Shown here: one piece after another, positions 18,532-29,198 of the stretch
How the letters are laid out: the number at the start of each line of letters is the position of its first letter
Position numbering within the stretch: the first letter of the stretch is position 1
Source: an uncultured Bacteroides sp.
Lineage (GTDB): Bacteria; Bacteroidota; Bacteroidia; Bacteroidales; Bacteroidaceae
Length of the DNA stretch: 64,000 bases
Direction of reading: 5' to 3'
Assembly (NCBI GenBank): GCA_964583185.1
Contig: CAZOVL010000002.1
Location: forward strand, 10,504-74,503
Made by a program: the position numbers and the translations under genes
The notes under the pieces: model-generated
What the model saw: only the letters and a program-made list of their open reading frames with translations
What the model was told of the DNA's origin: nothing
The model's database searches: none

Positions 18532-21051
18532 ATGAAAAAAACATTGAAAATTACAGGAATCATTTTAGCTATTATTATAGTGATAATGATTATCGTGCCC
18601 TTTGCTTTTCAAGGAAAAATTAAAGACCTGGTAAAAAGTGAAGGAAACAAAATGATTAATGGTTCATTCGATTTCACTGCCTTGAACATTAGTTTATTTA
18701 AAAACTTCCCAAAAGCATCTATCTCATTGAATGACTTTTGGCTCAAAGGAAGTGGTGAATTTGAAAATGACACCTTAATTCAGGCAAAAGAATTAACGGG
18801 TGTTATCGATCTATTTTCCCTCTTTGGAGACGAATTCGATATTTCTAAAGTAGAAATTAAAGATACCCAACTAAAAGCAATGATTCTTCCGGATGGAAAA
18901 GTAAACTGGGACATAATGAAAGCTACAGAAGAAGCTGAAAAGGAAGAAGATACTGAGGAAGCTTCTTCATTCAGTATTCAACTTCAGAAGTTAAGCTTAA
19001 AGAATATAGATGTTGTTTTCGACGATCAAGCCGGAAATCAATGGTTGAACATTGCTAATTTTAATGCGATAGCATCGGGGAATCTAGCTGACGATTTTAC
19101 GACAATACGCTTCAAAGGAGACGTAGAACAGCTTAGTTATAAAATGGGTAATTTAATGGTTCTGAACAACGCTAACATTGAAGCGCAAATGAACGTAGAT
19201 GCTGATTTTGAAAATAACAAGTTCACATTGAAGGAGAACAAAATAAGATTAAATGCTATTGAAGCCAACTTAGATGGTTGGGTGGCTCTCCTTGATGAAG
19301 GTGATATGGATATGGACATCAAACTAAATACCAATAAAGTTGGATTTAAAGAGCTTCTATCATTAATCCCTGCCATCTATACTAATGATTTTAAGAAGCT
19401 AAAGACGGATGGCAATGCAACATTAACAGCCTTTGCTAAAGGAAAACTGACAGAAACTCAAGTACCACAATTTGAGGCGGAAATTAATGTCAATGATGCA
19501 CAATTTCAATATCCTTCACTACCGGCTGGTGTAGATCAGATTAATATACATGCTTTGATTAAGAATCCTGGGGGCAATGCTGATTTAACGGTAATAGACG
19601 TACAACCTTTCAGTTTCAGAATGGCAGGGAGTCCTTTTCACCTAACAGCTACAGTTAAAACGCCTATTAGTGATCCTGCATTTTCTGCTCAAGCCAACGG
19701 AACAATTAATTTAGGTGTTATTGAGCAAGTTTATCCATTGAACGATATGAACCTGAATGGTATTATCAATGCAGATTTAAACTTAGCAGGCAGAATGTCT
19801 TCCATAGAGAAAGAGCAATATCAAAACATTCAAGCTTCCGGTAACATAAAACTTTCGGATATGAAGTTGATGTTACCCGATTTACCTGAGGTAAATATTA
19901 ATCAGTCAACCTTAACATTCACTCCTCAACAACTTAAATTAAGTGAAACAACAGCTCATATTGGCAAAAGTGATATTACATTAGACAGCCAGTTGGCTAA
20001 CTACTTAAGCTATATTTTCAAGGGAGATAAAATTACAGGAACTGTAAATTTACGTTCTAACTTACTTAACTTGAACGATTTTATATCACCAGAAGAAGAA
20101 GATGTTGAAGAGGGAACAGATAGTGTTGCATTAGCTGCTTTTGAGGTTCCTAAAAACATTAATTTCACTATGACAGCCAACCTGAAAGAGGTATTACTTA
20201 ATCAGATGAAATTTGACAATGTGCAGGGAAACTTACGCATAAACAATCAGAAAATTGATTTAAGTAACCTGTCGCTAAACAGTATGGGGGGTTCCATTGC
20301 AATGAATGCTTTCTACTCTACTGAAGTAAATCCCAAGACACCTAAAGCAGGTGGTAGCTTTAATTTATCTCAATTAAATTTCGTAGAAACATATCATGCT
20401 TTAGACATGGTTAAACAGTTAGCTCCAATTTTTGAAAACTTAAAAGGTACTTTCTCGGGTAATGTAACCATTGAAACGCTTTTAGATGATCAGTTATCTC
20501 CTCTATTTGAATCCACACAAGGTAAAGGAAATTTATCTACTAAAGATTTGAGTTTAAGCAATGTCGCTATCATTGATAAAATTGCTGAAGCCATAAAAAA
20601 ACCTGAACTTAAAAACTTAGAAGTGAAAGATATGGATTTAGCATTCAATATTGAGAATGGACGCTTATCTACACAACCTTTTGATATTAAGATGGGAGAT
20701 TATGTTATCAATCTGTCAGGAACTACAGGATTAGATCAAACCATTGATTACTCCGGTAAAGTAAAACTACCGGCATCAGTAGGAAAAATTGGTGAATACA
20801 CCTCATTAGACTTGAAAATTGGAGGAACATTCCAATCACCAAGCATTGGTATTGACGCTGAGAGCATGGCCAAACAAGCTGCTGAAAAATTAGCAGACAA
20901 AGCTAAAGATAAATTGAGTGAAAAGTTAGGCCTTAAAAAAGATACAACTCAAACTGGTGTGTCCGTAAGTAAGGATACAACAGAAACATCTATAGAAGAA
21001 CAGGCTGCAGGTAAAGCCTTAGATTTCTTGAAGAAAAAACTTAAAAAATAA
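18532..21051 (+). CDS. AsmA-family envelope protein
   Basis: N-terminal TM anchor followed by about 800 aa of repetitive beta-rich sequence, typical of AsmA-like proteins. Lys-rich tail. Confidence 0.65.
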   Translation: MKKTLKITGIILAIIIVIMIIVPFAFQGKIKDLVKSEGNKMINGSFDFTALNISLFKNFPKASISLNDFWLKGSGEFENDTLIQAKELTGVIDLFSLFGDEFDISKVEIKDTQLKAMILPDGKVNWDIMKATEEAEKEEDTEEASSFSIQLQKLSLKNIDVVFDDQAGNQWLNIANFNAIASGNLADDFTTIRFKGDVEQLSYKMGNLMVLNNANIEAQMNVDADFENNKFTLKENKIRLNAIEANLDGWVALLDEGDMDMDIKLNTNKVGFKELLSLIPAIYTNDFKKLKTDGNATLTAFAKGKLTETQVPQFEAEINVNDAQFQYPSLPAGVDQINIHALIKNPGGNADLTVIDVQPFSFRMAGSPFHLTATVKTPISDPAFSAQANGTINLGVIEQVYPLNDMNLNGIINADLNLAGRMSSIEKEQYQNIQASGNIKLSDMKLMLPDLPEVNINQSTLTFTPQQLKLSETTAHIGKSDITLDSQLANYLSYIFKGDKITGTVNLRSNLLNLNDFISPEEEDVEEGTDSVALAAFEVPKNINFTMTANLKEVLLNQMKFDNVQGNLRINNQKIDLSNLSLNSMGGSIAMNAFYSTEVNPKTPKAGGSFNLSQLNFVETYHALDMVKQLAPIFENLKGTFSGNVTIETLLDDQLSPLFESTQGKGNLSTKDLSLSNVAIIDKIAEAIKKPELKNLEVKDMDLAFNIENGRLSTQPFDIKMGDYVINLSGTTGLDQTIDYSGKVKLPASVGKIGEYTSLDLKIGGTFQSPSIGIDAESMAKQAAEKLADKAKDKLSEKLGLKKDTTQTGVSVSKDTTETSIEEQAAGKALDFLKKKLKK

Positions 21052-21056
21052 GTCTT

Positions 21057-21668
21057 ATGTTATTAAAGCTTTATAAGAAAAACAACAACACAGAAGACCT
21101 CCAGAAAGTAGTGGATATTTTAAATGATGGAGGTTTAATTATTTACCCCACCGATACTAGATATGCCATTGGTTGCCATGCAATGAAAGAAAGAGCTGTA
21201 GAAAAAATCTGTAAAATTAAAAACATCAATGTACAGAAAAACAATCTTTCTATTATCTGCTATGACTTAAGTAGTGTGAGTCAGTTTGCCAAACTGGATA
21301 ATTCCGTATTTAAGGTAATGAAGCGTAACTTACCTGGTCCGTTTACTTTTATTCTCAATGGAACGAACAGGCTACCTAAGATATTCAGAAATCGTAAAGA
21401 AATAGGTATTCGTATGCCTAACGAACCGATAATTCAAGAAATTGCCCGACTATTGGATGAACCCATAATGACAACTACTGTGCCATACGACCTTAATGAT
21501 GACATTGAATATGTTACTAATCCTGAGTTGATTAACGAAAAAATGGGGCACTTAGTAGATTTAGTTATTGATGGAGGAATAGGCAGTACCGAAGAGTCTA
21601 CTATTGTAAATTGTACCAATGAAGAGTTTGAAATTGTACGACAAGGCGCCGGAGATCTTATTCTTTAA
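21057..21668 (+). CDS. tsaC: L-threonylcarbamoyladenylate synthase (YrdC/TsaC domain)
   Basis: YrdC-fold blocks IYPTDTRYAIGC and GIRMPNEPI, ending STIVNCT. 203 aa. Confidence 0.8.
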   Translation: MLLKLYKKNNNTEDLQKVVDILNDGGLIIYPTDTRYAIGCHAMKERAVEKICKIKNINVQKNNLSIICYDLSSVSQFAKLDNSVFKVMKRNLPGPFTFILNGTNRLPKIFRNRKEIGIRMPNEPIIQEIARLLDEPIMTTTVPYDLNDDIEYVTNPELINEKMGHLVDLVIDGGIGSTEESTIVNCTNEEFEIVRQGAGDLIL

Positions 21669-21691
21669 TTCTTCTGACAACTTGTTTATAT

Positions 21692-21733
21692 AAAAAGAAA
21701 GAGAATGTTTTGAATAACATTCTCTTTCTTTTT
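21692..21733. terminator. Bidirectional terminator between convergent tsaC and nagB
   Basis: Perfect 16-bp stem, 21694-21709 (aaagaaagagaatgtt) with 21716-21731, and a 6-nt loop. A-run on the left and T-run on the right. Confidence 0.75.
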
Positions 21734-21761
21734 ATACCTTTAATTAGAGAGTTAATTCGCT

Positions 21762-22583
21762 TTAACTCTTTAGTTCTTCTAACATTGTCTTTGGATCTAA
21801 GTGATCTTGCTCAATGTCTTTATAATACTTATAGGTGCCCACTTTTATTTCATGAGTAGAAGCATCATCACACACAATAATTCCATGTTCGTGTATTTGA
21901 AGCATACTAATGGTCCACATATGTGTTATACTACCTTCAACAGCATGTTTCAATGCTCGCGCCTTGTTATACCCATTGACTAAAATCATAACTTCCTTTG
22001 AAGATAAAACCGTACTAATACCTACGGTAAGAGCCAACTTAGGCACTTGATGCATGTCATAGTCAAAGAAACGAGAATTTGCAATTCGTGTATCTTTGGT
22101 CAATGTTTTTATACGTGTTCGTGAGCCTAAAGAGGAACCAGGTTCATTGAATGCAAAATGCCCATTAGGACCAATGCCTCCCATAAACAAATCTACACCA
22201 TACGATTGTAGTTTCTCTTCGTATCGGGCACATTCAGCATCTAAATCTTCTGCATTACCATCTAAAAGATTAATGTTTTCAGCTTTAATGTCAATATGAT
22301 TAAAGAAATTATTCCACATGAAAGAGTAATAACTCTCGGGATGCTCTCGTGGCAAACCCACGTACTCATCCATATTAAAAGTCACCACATTTTGAAATGA
22401 AACAAGACCTTTTCCACATAACTCAATTAACTTTTTATAAAAACCTAACTGAGTTGAACCGGTAGCTAATCCTAAAACAAAAGGTTTTTCTGCTGTAGGT
22501 TGAGCTTTTTTAATTTTCAAAGCAGTATAATAAGCTGCCCAATCGGACATATACTGATAATCAGGTTGAATAATAACTCTCAT
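21762..22583 (-). CDS. nagB: Glucosamine-6-phosphate deaminase
   Basis: NagB blocks [34 protein letters not shown]. 273 aa. Confidence 0.9.
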   Translation of the reverse strand: MRVIIQPDYQYMSDWAAYYTALKIKKAQPTAEKPFVLGLATGSTQLGFYKKLIELCGKGLVSFQNVVTFNMDEYVGLPREHPESYYSFMWNNFFNHIDIKAENINLLDGNAEDLDAECARYEEKLQSYGVDLFMGGIGPNGHFAFNEPGSSLGSRTRIKTLTKDTRIANSRFFDYDMHQVPKLALTVGISTVLSSKEVMILVNGYNKARALKHAVEGSITHMWTISMLQIHEHGIIVCDDASTHEIKVGTYKYYKDIEQDHLDPKTMLEELKS

Positions 22584-22600
22584 TTTTTTTGTATTTAGTT

Positions 22601-23800
22601 CTAGACTCTATCTTTTTTCAAACGATTGGCCATACTACGAGCTAAGGCTCTGCATTGTTCTTCAGTATCCGCTCTTAATGAATGTTTTACTTCTACAGAA
22701 TTAGTCACAATTTCCAGCTTCATCTCTTCTATGAATTCGGTCATTTGCTTTACTGCTCCTCCAGCCCAACTAAATGAACCAAAGCAGCCGAAATAGCGAT
22801 TTTTAAGTAATCGATTCTTTAGCTTGGAAAGTAAGGTTTCAACACCGGGATAAAGGGTATTGTTATAGGTAGGCGTTCCAATAATTAATCCTTTGTACCT
22901 AAAAATATCCCGTATAATGTATGAGGCATCACTTTTGCTTACATTATGCATGCATACATCTTTTATCCCTTGAAGGGTTAATTCTTCTGCAATAATTTCT
23001 GCCATCTCTTCTGTATTACCATACATTGAGCCGTAGGCAATCACTACTCCTTCAAAAGCTTCATACTTACTCAACCTATCATAAACGCCAATGACTTTTT
23101 TAACATTTCCACCGGTCCATACAGGTCCGTGAGTAGAGCAAATAAATTGAATAGGTAACCCTCCTATTTTCTTAAATGCATTTTGTACCTGCATTCCATA
23201 TCTTCCTACAATAGTGGAATAATAGCGTTCCATCTCTCCCCAAAAAACATCTGTATTTATACGACTATCCAAGAAGCTTCCATTTAATGCACCATAACAA
23301 CCAAATCCATCACCTGAAAAGATAACACCCTCTGTTTCATCAAAGGTCATCATTGTTTCAGGCCAATGCACCATAGGTGTCATATAAAAACGCAAGGTAT
23401 GATGTCCTAACTCTAAAGTATCTTTCTCTTTCACCAACTGCAAATTCTCAGAGACACCATAAAATCCTTCCAGCATATTAAAGGTTAACTTATTACCTAT
23501 AATTGTAATGTTGGGGTACTCTTTCTTTATTAAGCGAATGGCTCCTGAATGATCGGGTTCCATGTGGTTGATTATTAAATAATCTATGGTACGATTGCCT
23601 AATATATCTTTAATTTTCTTCAAATATCCTTCAAGAAAAGCAACATCTACAGTATCAACCAAAGCTACTTTTTCATCATCAATTAAGTAAGAGTTATATG
23701 AAACACCATAGGGTAATTCCCATAGACCTTCAAATCTTTCTTTTTGTCTATCATTTACTCCAACATAATGAATCCTTCCTGCAATCTTTGTTCTATCCAT
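22601..23800 (-). CDS. FprA-family flavodiiron protein (metallo-beta-lactamase-like domain plus flavodoxin domain)
   Basis: Di-iron motif NHMEPDHSG (HxExDH) and a C-terminal flavodoxin block [15 protein letters not shown]. 399 aa. Confidence 0.8.
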   Translation of the reverse strand: MDRTKIAGRIHYVGVNDRQKERFEGLWELPYGVSYNSYLIDDEKVALVDTVDVAFLEGYLKKIKDILGNRTIDYLIINHMEPDHSGAIRLIKKEYPNITIIGNKLTFNMLEGFYGVSENLQLVKEKDTLELGHHTLRFYMTPMVHWPETMMTFDETEGVIFSGDGFGCYGALNGSFLDSRINTDVFWGEMERYYSTIVGRYGMQVQNAFKKIGGLPIQFICSTHGPVWTGGNVKKVIGVYDRLSKYEAFEGVVIAYGSMYGNTEEMAEIIAEELTLQGIKDVCMHNVSKSDASYIIRDIFRYKGLIIGTPTYNNTLYPGVETLLSKLKNRLLKNRYFGCFGSFSWAGGAVKQMTEFIEEMKLEIVTNSVEVKHSLRADTEEQCRALARSMANRLKKDRV

Positions 23801-23823
23801 TTATATAAAATTATTACGTTAAA

Positions 23824-24756
23824 TTACAAAGAACAATTGTATAATTGTCCTTGATAAACTTGTTTTTCTTTCATTTCTTTTACCAGCTTCATAGTAAATT
23901 CGTAGTTTCTTATTCCCCAATCAGGAGCAATCACTAACTCTTTGGGCGATTGAGAGATAAAACGTTCAACTACAATATTTGGATTCAAACGTTTTAAATA
24001 TTCAATAACCAAAGAAATATAATCTTCCAAAGTAGAGATATAAAAATCCTCCGGATGTGCTGCATATTCTTTTGCCATTTGTGTACCCTTAATAATCTGT
24101 AATTGATGTAGTTTCAGAGTATCTAAAGGAAGTTTCGATAAAATTTCAGCTTGACTAAGAATGAATTCAGCTGTTTCTCCGGGTAAACCTAATATAATAT
24201 GTCCACCTGTTAAGATTTCATGGCTCTTTGTTTTTTCAACAGCCTCAACCACACAAGAGTAGGTATGCCCCCTATTCACTCTCTTCAGGGTTTTATCCGA
24301 AGTGGTTTCTATTCCATATTCAACCAAAACAAAGCTTTTCTTACTCAGTTCGCCTAAATAAGTCAATAGTTCATCAGAGATACAATCGGGTCGGGTTCCT
24401 ATAACTAAACCCACTACATCTTCAACAGCCAAAGCTTCTTCATACTTCTTTTTAAGTTCATTTAAAGAGCCATACGTGTTTGTATAAGATTGAAAGTAGG
24501 CTAAATATTTCATTGATGGATATTTATGAGCAAAGAAAAGTTTCCCATCCTCCAACTGCTGTGCCACTGTTTTATCTGTTTTACAATAGGCTGGACTAAA
24601 CGTTTGATTGTTGCAATAAGTACATCCTCCCACTCCTATTCTTCCATCTCTGTTTGGGCAAGTGAAACCTGCATTAATAGAGATTTTCTGCACTTTAAAA
24701 GGAAAGTGTTTCTTTAAAAAAGAGGGGAAATCATTATATACTTTATTACTACTCAT
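23824..24756 (-). CDS. TIGR01212-family radical SAM protein
   Basis: Cluster region FTCPNRDGRIGVGGCTYCN. 310 aa, with the layout of this family. Confidence 0.8.
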   Translation of the reverse strand: MSSNKVYNDFPSFLKKHFPFKVQKISINAGFTCPNRDGRIGVGGCTYCNNQTFSPAYCKTDKTVAQQLEDGKLFFAHKYPSMKYLAYFQSYTNTYGSLNELKKKYEEALAVEDVVGLVIGTRPDCISDELLTYLGELSKKSFVLVEYGIETTSDKTLKRVNRGHTYSCVVEAVEKTKSHEILTGGHIILGLPGETAEFILSQAEILSKLPLDTLKLHQLQIIKGTQMAKEYAAHPEDFYISTLEDYISLVIEYLKRLNPNIVVERFISQSPKELVIAPDWGIRNYEFTMKLVKEMKEKQVYQGQLYNCSL

Positions 24757-24775
24757 TTTTAGCTTTTTCAGTTGA

Positions 24776-24783
24776 CAAAGATA
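24776..24783 (-). promoter_or_regulatory. -7 box (TATCTTTG on the minus strand)
   Basis: caaagata on the plus strand, 20 bp upstream of the start at 24756. Confidence 0.4.
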
Positions 24784-24922
24784 GTATTAAATTTTAAAAT
24801 GAGTAGGTTTTAGTGCTACTTAAACGCTATGTATTAATGCGATAGATTATCCAATTTGTTATACATTACCCCATCTTTTAGAATATAAAGAGACCATTTT
24901 CGATGAATACAAACATTTTTAT

Positions 24923-24930
24923 TATTTTTG
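24923..24930 (+). promoter_or_regulatory. -7 box TATTTTTG
   Basis: Matches TAnnTTTG, 33 bp upstream of the ATG at 24963. Confidence 0.4.
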
Positions 24931-24962
24931 TCTAGTATAATCTAAAATAAAATCCACTCTAT

Positions 24963-27173
24963 ATGAAAAGGTTCAGTCTATTATTCGTTAGCTTACTCTC
25001 ATCAATCCTATTAATGGCACAAGGAGGAGTAAAAGAGCTACAGCTCAATGAAATCACATCAGGATATTTTAGACCTGAAACGTTACAAGGAGTTATTCCT
25101 GTTCCTAACGAAGATTTTTATTCTCAGATGAATGATGAAGGAACACAAATTATTAAATACTCTTTTGTAACGGGGGAATTGGTTGAAGTGCTTTTTGATG
25201 TCAATACAGCAAGAGATTGTCCCTTTAAAAACTTTGATAGTTATTCTTTCTCTCCTGATGGAACTAAACTATTAATTGCAACTGAAACACAGTCGATATA
25301 CAGAAGGTCATATAAGGCTGTTCATTATATTTACACTTTAAAAAACAATACAGTAGAGCCTCTATCCGATGGAGGTCCTCAACAGGCTCCGCTATTTTCT
25401 CCTGATAGTTATCAAATAGCCTTTGTTAGAGACAATAATATTTTTCTGGTGAAGTTATTATATAATAATAGCGAATCACAGGTAACACAAGATGGAGAAT
25501 ACAATAAAATAATCAATGGTATTCCTGATTGGGTATACGAAGAAGAATTTGCTTTTAACTCTGCACTTACATTTAGTGAGGACAGTAAACTATTGGCCTT
25601 TATTCGATTTGACGAATCGGATGTTCATTCATTTTCTTTTCCCTTATATGGCGGACAAGCTCCTTTCCTCAAGCAGTTTGAACTTTATCCCGGCTTTTAT
25701 ACCTATAAGTATCCCAAAGCAGGACAAGCAAATGCAAAAGTAAGTGTACACTCCTTTGATATAAAGTCAAGGGTTACTAGAAAAATTGATATTCCGGTAG
25801 CTGAAGATGGATATATTCCTAGAATTCGTTTCACAAAAAAAGAGAATCAACTGGCTGTATTTACTTTAAATCGTCATCAAAATCAATTGGATTTATATAT
25901 TGCTGATGCACGATCTACAGTGAGTAAATTGATTTTACGTGATGAAAGTCCGCAATACATAAAGCCAGAAGTACTAGACCAAGTTCATTTCTACTCTGAC
26001 AACTTTAGTTTTTTAAGCGAAAAAAGTGGATATCAACACCTTTATTGGTATAACACCCAAGGCACATTGGTAAAACAAGTAACTCAAGGAGAATTTGAAG
26101 TTAAAAACTTTTTAGGATGGGATGCTAAAGAAAACTCATTCTACTATGAAAGTAATGAAGGTAACCCTTTGCAATCGGCTATTTATAAGCTGGATGCCAA
26201 AAATAAAAAGACACAGTTGACCAATCAACAAGGAACAAACCGTGCCATCTTTAGTCATTCACTTAAATACTTTCTCAACACACACTCTAGTCTTAAACAA
26301 CCAACTTCGGTTGCCTTAATAGACAATAAAGGAAAAACATTAAAGACTCTGATAGATAATAATGATTTGAAAACTAAATTAGCACATTATAATTTACCGG
26401 AAAAAGAGCTATTTTCTTTTACTACACCTCAAGGAACTGAACTTAATGGATGGATGATAAAACCCACAAATTTCTCAGCAAACAAAAAATATCCTGTGAT
26501 TCAATATCAATATAGTGGACCAGGAAGTCAAGAGGTCTTGGATAGATGGGCTGTTGGAGGTGACAGACAAGGAATAGGATGGGAATCGTATATGGCAAGC
26601 CAGGGATTCCTCATTGTGTGTGTAGATGGAAGAGGAACAGGTGGGCGTGGAGCTTCGTTTGAAAAATCCACTTATCTCAACTTAGGTGTAAAAGAGTCTG
26701 AAGACCAAGTATTTACTGCTAATTATATAAGTACTCTACCTTATGTTGATGGAAATCGCATAGGTATTTGGGGGTGGAGTTATGGAGGTTATATGACCTT
26801 AATGAGCATGAGTATACTAAACTCACCATTCAAAGCCGGTGTTGCAGTAGCTCCTGTTACCGATTGGAAGTTTTATGACACTATTTATGGAGAGCGTTAT
26901 ATGCGCACACCCCAAGAAAACTTTGAAGGCTATAAATCATCATCCGCATTTACTCGTGCCAATAATTTACAAGGTGAACTTTTATTAGTTCATGGAATGG
27001 CTGACGATAATGTACACTTTCAAAACAGTGTTGAATATAGTGAAGAGTTAATTCAGGCTAATAAATCTTTTAAGCTACAGGCTTATCCTAACAGAGATCA
27101 TGGGATTTATGGGGGAAATACTCGCCACCATTTATTCACACAATTAACAGAGTTCTTCTTAAAAAACTTATAA
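24963..27173 (+). CDS. Dipeptidyl-peptidase IV (S9B serine peptidase)
   Basis: Signal peptide, beta-propeller N-domain, catalytic GWSYGG, GMADDNVH and RDHGI triad blocks. 736 aa. Confidence 0.9.
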   Translation: MKRFSLLFVSLLSSILLMAQGGVKELQLNEITSGYFRPETLQGVIPVPNEDFYSQMNDEGTQIIKYSFVTGELVEVLFDVNTARDCPFKNFDSYSFSPDGTKLLIATETQSIYRRSYKAVHYIYTLKNNTVEPLSDGGPQQAPLFSPDSYQIAFVRDNNIFLVKLLYNNSESQVTQDGEYNKIINGIPDWVYEEEFAFNSALTFSEDSKLLAFIRFDESDVHSFSFPLYGGQAPFLKQFELYPGFYTYKYPKAGQANAKVSVHSFDIKSRVTRKIDIPVAEDGYIPRIRFTKKENQLAVFTLNRHQNQLDLYIADARSTVSKLILRDESPQYIKPEVLDQVHFYSDNFSFLSEKSGYQHLYWYNTQGTLVKQVTQGEFEVKNFLGWDAKENSFYYESNEGNPLQSAIYKLDAKNKKTQLTNQQGTNRAIFSHSLKYFLNTHSSLKQPTSVALIDNKGKTLKTLIDNNDLKTKLAHYNLPEKELFSFTTPQGTELNGWMIKPTNFSANKKYPVIQYQYSGPGSQEVLDRWAVGGDRQGIGWESYMASQGFLIVCVDGRGTGGRGASFEKSTYLNLGVKESEDQVFTANYISTLPYVDGNRIGIWGWSYGGYMTLMSMSILNSPFKAGVAVAPVTDWKFYDTIYGERYMRTPQENFEGYKSSSAFTRANNLQGELLLVHGMADDNVHFQNSVEYSEELIQANKSFKLQAYPNRDHGIYGGNTRHHLFTQLTEFFLKNL

Positions 27174-28031
27174 ATGCAAAGAAGGGTAATAAAGCCTTCC
27201 TGGCTTAAGGTAAATATTGCCAGTAACAACAGATATAGTGAGATTAAGAAAGTGGTAGATACTCACTGTCTGCATACCATTTGCAGTAGTGGAAGATGCC
27301 CAAACTTAGGAGAGTGCTGGGGAAAAGGAACAGCTACTTTTATGATAGGTGGAGATATCTGTACACGTAACTGCAAGTTCTGCAACACCAAAAGTGGAAA
27401 ACCTCTTCCATTAAATAGTGAAGAACCCGAGAATATAGCCAAATCCATAGAATTAATGCGGATAGACTATGCTGTTATAACATCTGTAGATCGTGATGAT
27501 CTTCCTGATTACGGGGCAGAACATTGGGTTAAAACAATAGAAGCTGTCAAGAAGAAAACACCTCAAACAGCCATTGAAGTGCTTATCCCCGACTTTCAAG
27601 GAAATAAATCGCACATTGATTTAATTATACAGGCAGCCCCCCATATCATCGCTCACAATATGGAAACCGTAAAAAGAATTACTCCTTTGGTAAGAAGTGT
27701 AGCCAAATACGAGATGAGTTTGAAGGTTATTGAACAAATTGCAGCTTCTAATATTCCTGCTAAATCAGGAATTATGGTAGGATTAGGAGAAACTACCGAT
27801 GAAGTAGAGGTTTTAATGGATGATTTGCTTCATGTGGGTTGTTCCATCTTAACCATTGGGCAATATTTGCAACCCTCTAGAAAACACTATCCTGTTGTTG
27901 AATACATTACCCCCGAACAATTTGATAGATATAAAGAAATTGGACTAAAAAAAGGATTTAAAAGTGTGGTAAGCGGGCCATTAGTTCGCTCTTCCTATCA
28001 CGCAGAAAAACATATCTCACTCATTCGGTAA
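27174..28031 (+). CDS. lipA: Lipoyl synthase
   Basis: Cys clusters CPNLGECW and CTRNCKFC. The ATG directly abuts the stop of the preceding gene. Confidence 0.95.
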   Translation: MQRRVIKPSWLKVNIASNNRYSEIKKVVDTHCLHTICSSGRCPNLGECWGKGTATFMIGGDICTRNCKFCNTKSGKPLPLNSEEPENIAKSIELMRIDYAVITSVDRDDLPDYGAEHWVKTIEAVKKKTPQTAIEVLIPDFQGNKSHIDLIIQAAPHIIAHNMETVKRITPLVRSVAKYEMSLKVIEQIAASNIPAKSGIMVGLGETTDEVEVLMDDLLHVGCSILTIGQYLQPSRKHYPVVEYITPEQFDRYKEIGLKKGFKSVVSGPLVRSSYHAEKHISLIR

Positions 28032-28079
28032 ACTAAACTTGTTTCTTTTTGTTTTAATGATAGATTTAATCTTGTAAGT

Positions 28080-29198
28080 ATGAAGTCAAGGAAAATTCTA
28101 TCATCAAAATATAATATGTCGTTGGGGTTATTGCCTGCAATAGCAACAATGATTTTATGTGAATTTATCTGTCAGGAGAGAGCAATTTACATAGGGACAA
28201 CTTTGGCTGTCATCCAACTCTATATATATTATGGCAGACGAGCTAAAAATGTTAATTTCATATTAGACATAACTACTTTAGTTCTGTTTGCACTAACTAT
28301 TTCCACCTTTTTTTATAAAAATTATTGTCCCATAGGATTGGCATCCATCACAATAGAAGCGAGTATAATCATACCCCTATTCATTATCTATTTACATAAA
28401 AAAAGATTTATCTCTTTTTTAATTCGTAAAAAGAAAGAAAAAGACAGACAACAGTTTGCTCAAGGAGCAGAAGCATCTATTGTTTCCACTCGTGTTTTAT
28501 TCATACTAGGAGCAATACATTTCATTGTTTTAACTATTTTCTTCTTGACCGGGAAGGGCATTGAACCTCACACTCATTGGATTATGTTTCGCTTATTTCC
28601 TATTTTAGTTTTTAGTTTGAGTATTTTATTTAATCAAGTAGCTATAAACTATTTCAACAAAATTATAGCACATACGGAATACTATCCCATAGTTAATAAA
28701 TATGGAGACGTAATTGGAAAATCAACGAAAGAAGAAATTGTAAATAATAAGAAACAGAACATTTATCCTTTAATTCGAATAGCTATAATAGCAGATAATG
28801 AATTATTGCTTTGTAAAAGGCCTCAAAAAGTTTTAATAGAAAAAGAAAAAATAGATGTACCCATAGAAGGTTTCCTTCGGTACAATGAAACAATATCACA
28901 GGGAATACAACGGCTTTTAGATGAAAACTTAACCAAAGTAAATACTGGAGTTCAGCCTATTTATCATTTAACCTATCATTTCAAAACACAAGAAACAAAT
29001 CGGTTAATCTACTCTTTTTCAATAGAGATGGATAAAGAAGAGGTGAAAAATTGTTTCAAAAGAAGAGATGCTAAATTTTGGAATCTAAACTCCATTAAGG
29101 AGAAAATACAAACCTCTTTCTTTTCTGCTTTGTTACGAGAGGAATTTGAATATTTGAGTCAAGTTATTTATACAAGAGAAAAATACAAGGAACTTTAG
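28080..29198 (+). CDS. Polytopic membrane protein with a C-terminal degenerate Nudix-like domain
   Basis: About 5-6 TM helices in aa 1-195. The C-domain has the pattern G-x5-E-x7-R-LLDEN (GFLRYNETISQGIQRLLDENL, 28869-28931), which resembles a decayed Nudix box. Confidence 0.5.
   Translation: MKSRKILSSKYNMSLGLLPAIATMILCEFICQERAIYIGTTLAVIQLYIYYGRRAKNVNFILDITTLVLFALTISTFFYKNYCPIGLASITIEASIIIPLFIIYLHKKRFISFLIRKKKEKDRQQFAQGAEASIVSTRVLFILGAIHFIVLTIFFLTGKGIEPHTHWIMFRLFPILVFSLSILFNQVAINYFNKIIAHTEYYPIVNKYGDVIGKSTKEEIVNNKKQNIYPLIRIAIIADNELLLCKRPQKVLIEKEKIDVPIEGFLRYNETISQGIQRLLDENLTKVNTGVQPIYHLTYHFKTQETNRLIYSFSIEMDKEEVKNCFKRRDAKFWNLNSIKEKIQTSFFSALLREEFEYLSQVIYTREKYKEL

Noticed and set aside
12978-27448. 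Nested or antisense ORFs 12978..13169, 13987..14238, 15583..15822, 15800..16003, 16705..16914, 17260..17544, 17761..17949, 19137..19376, 21434..21619, 21801..21983, 22096..22299, 24526..24717, 25516..25743 and 27263..27448
   Set aside because: All are embedded in confidently assigned genes (opposite strand, or an alternative frame on the same strand for 25516..25743). They have no independent start context or motif support.
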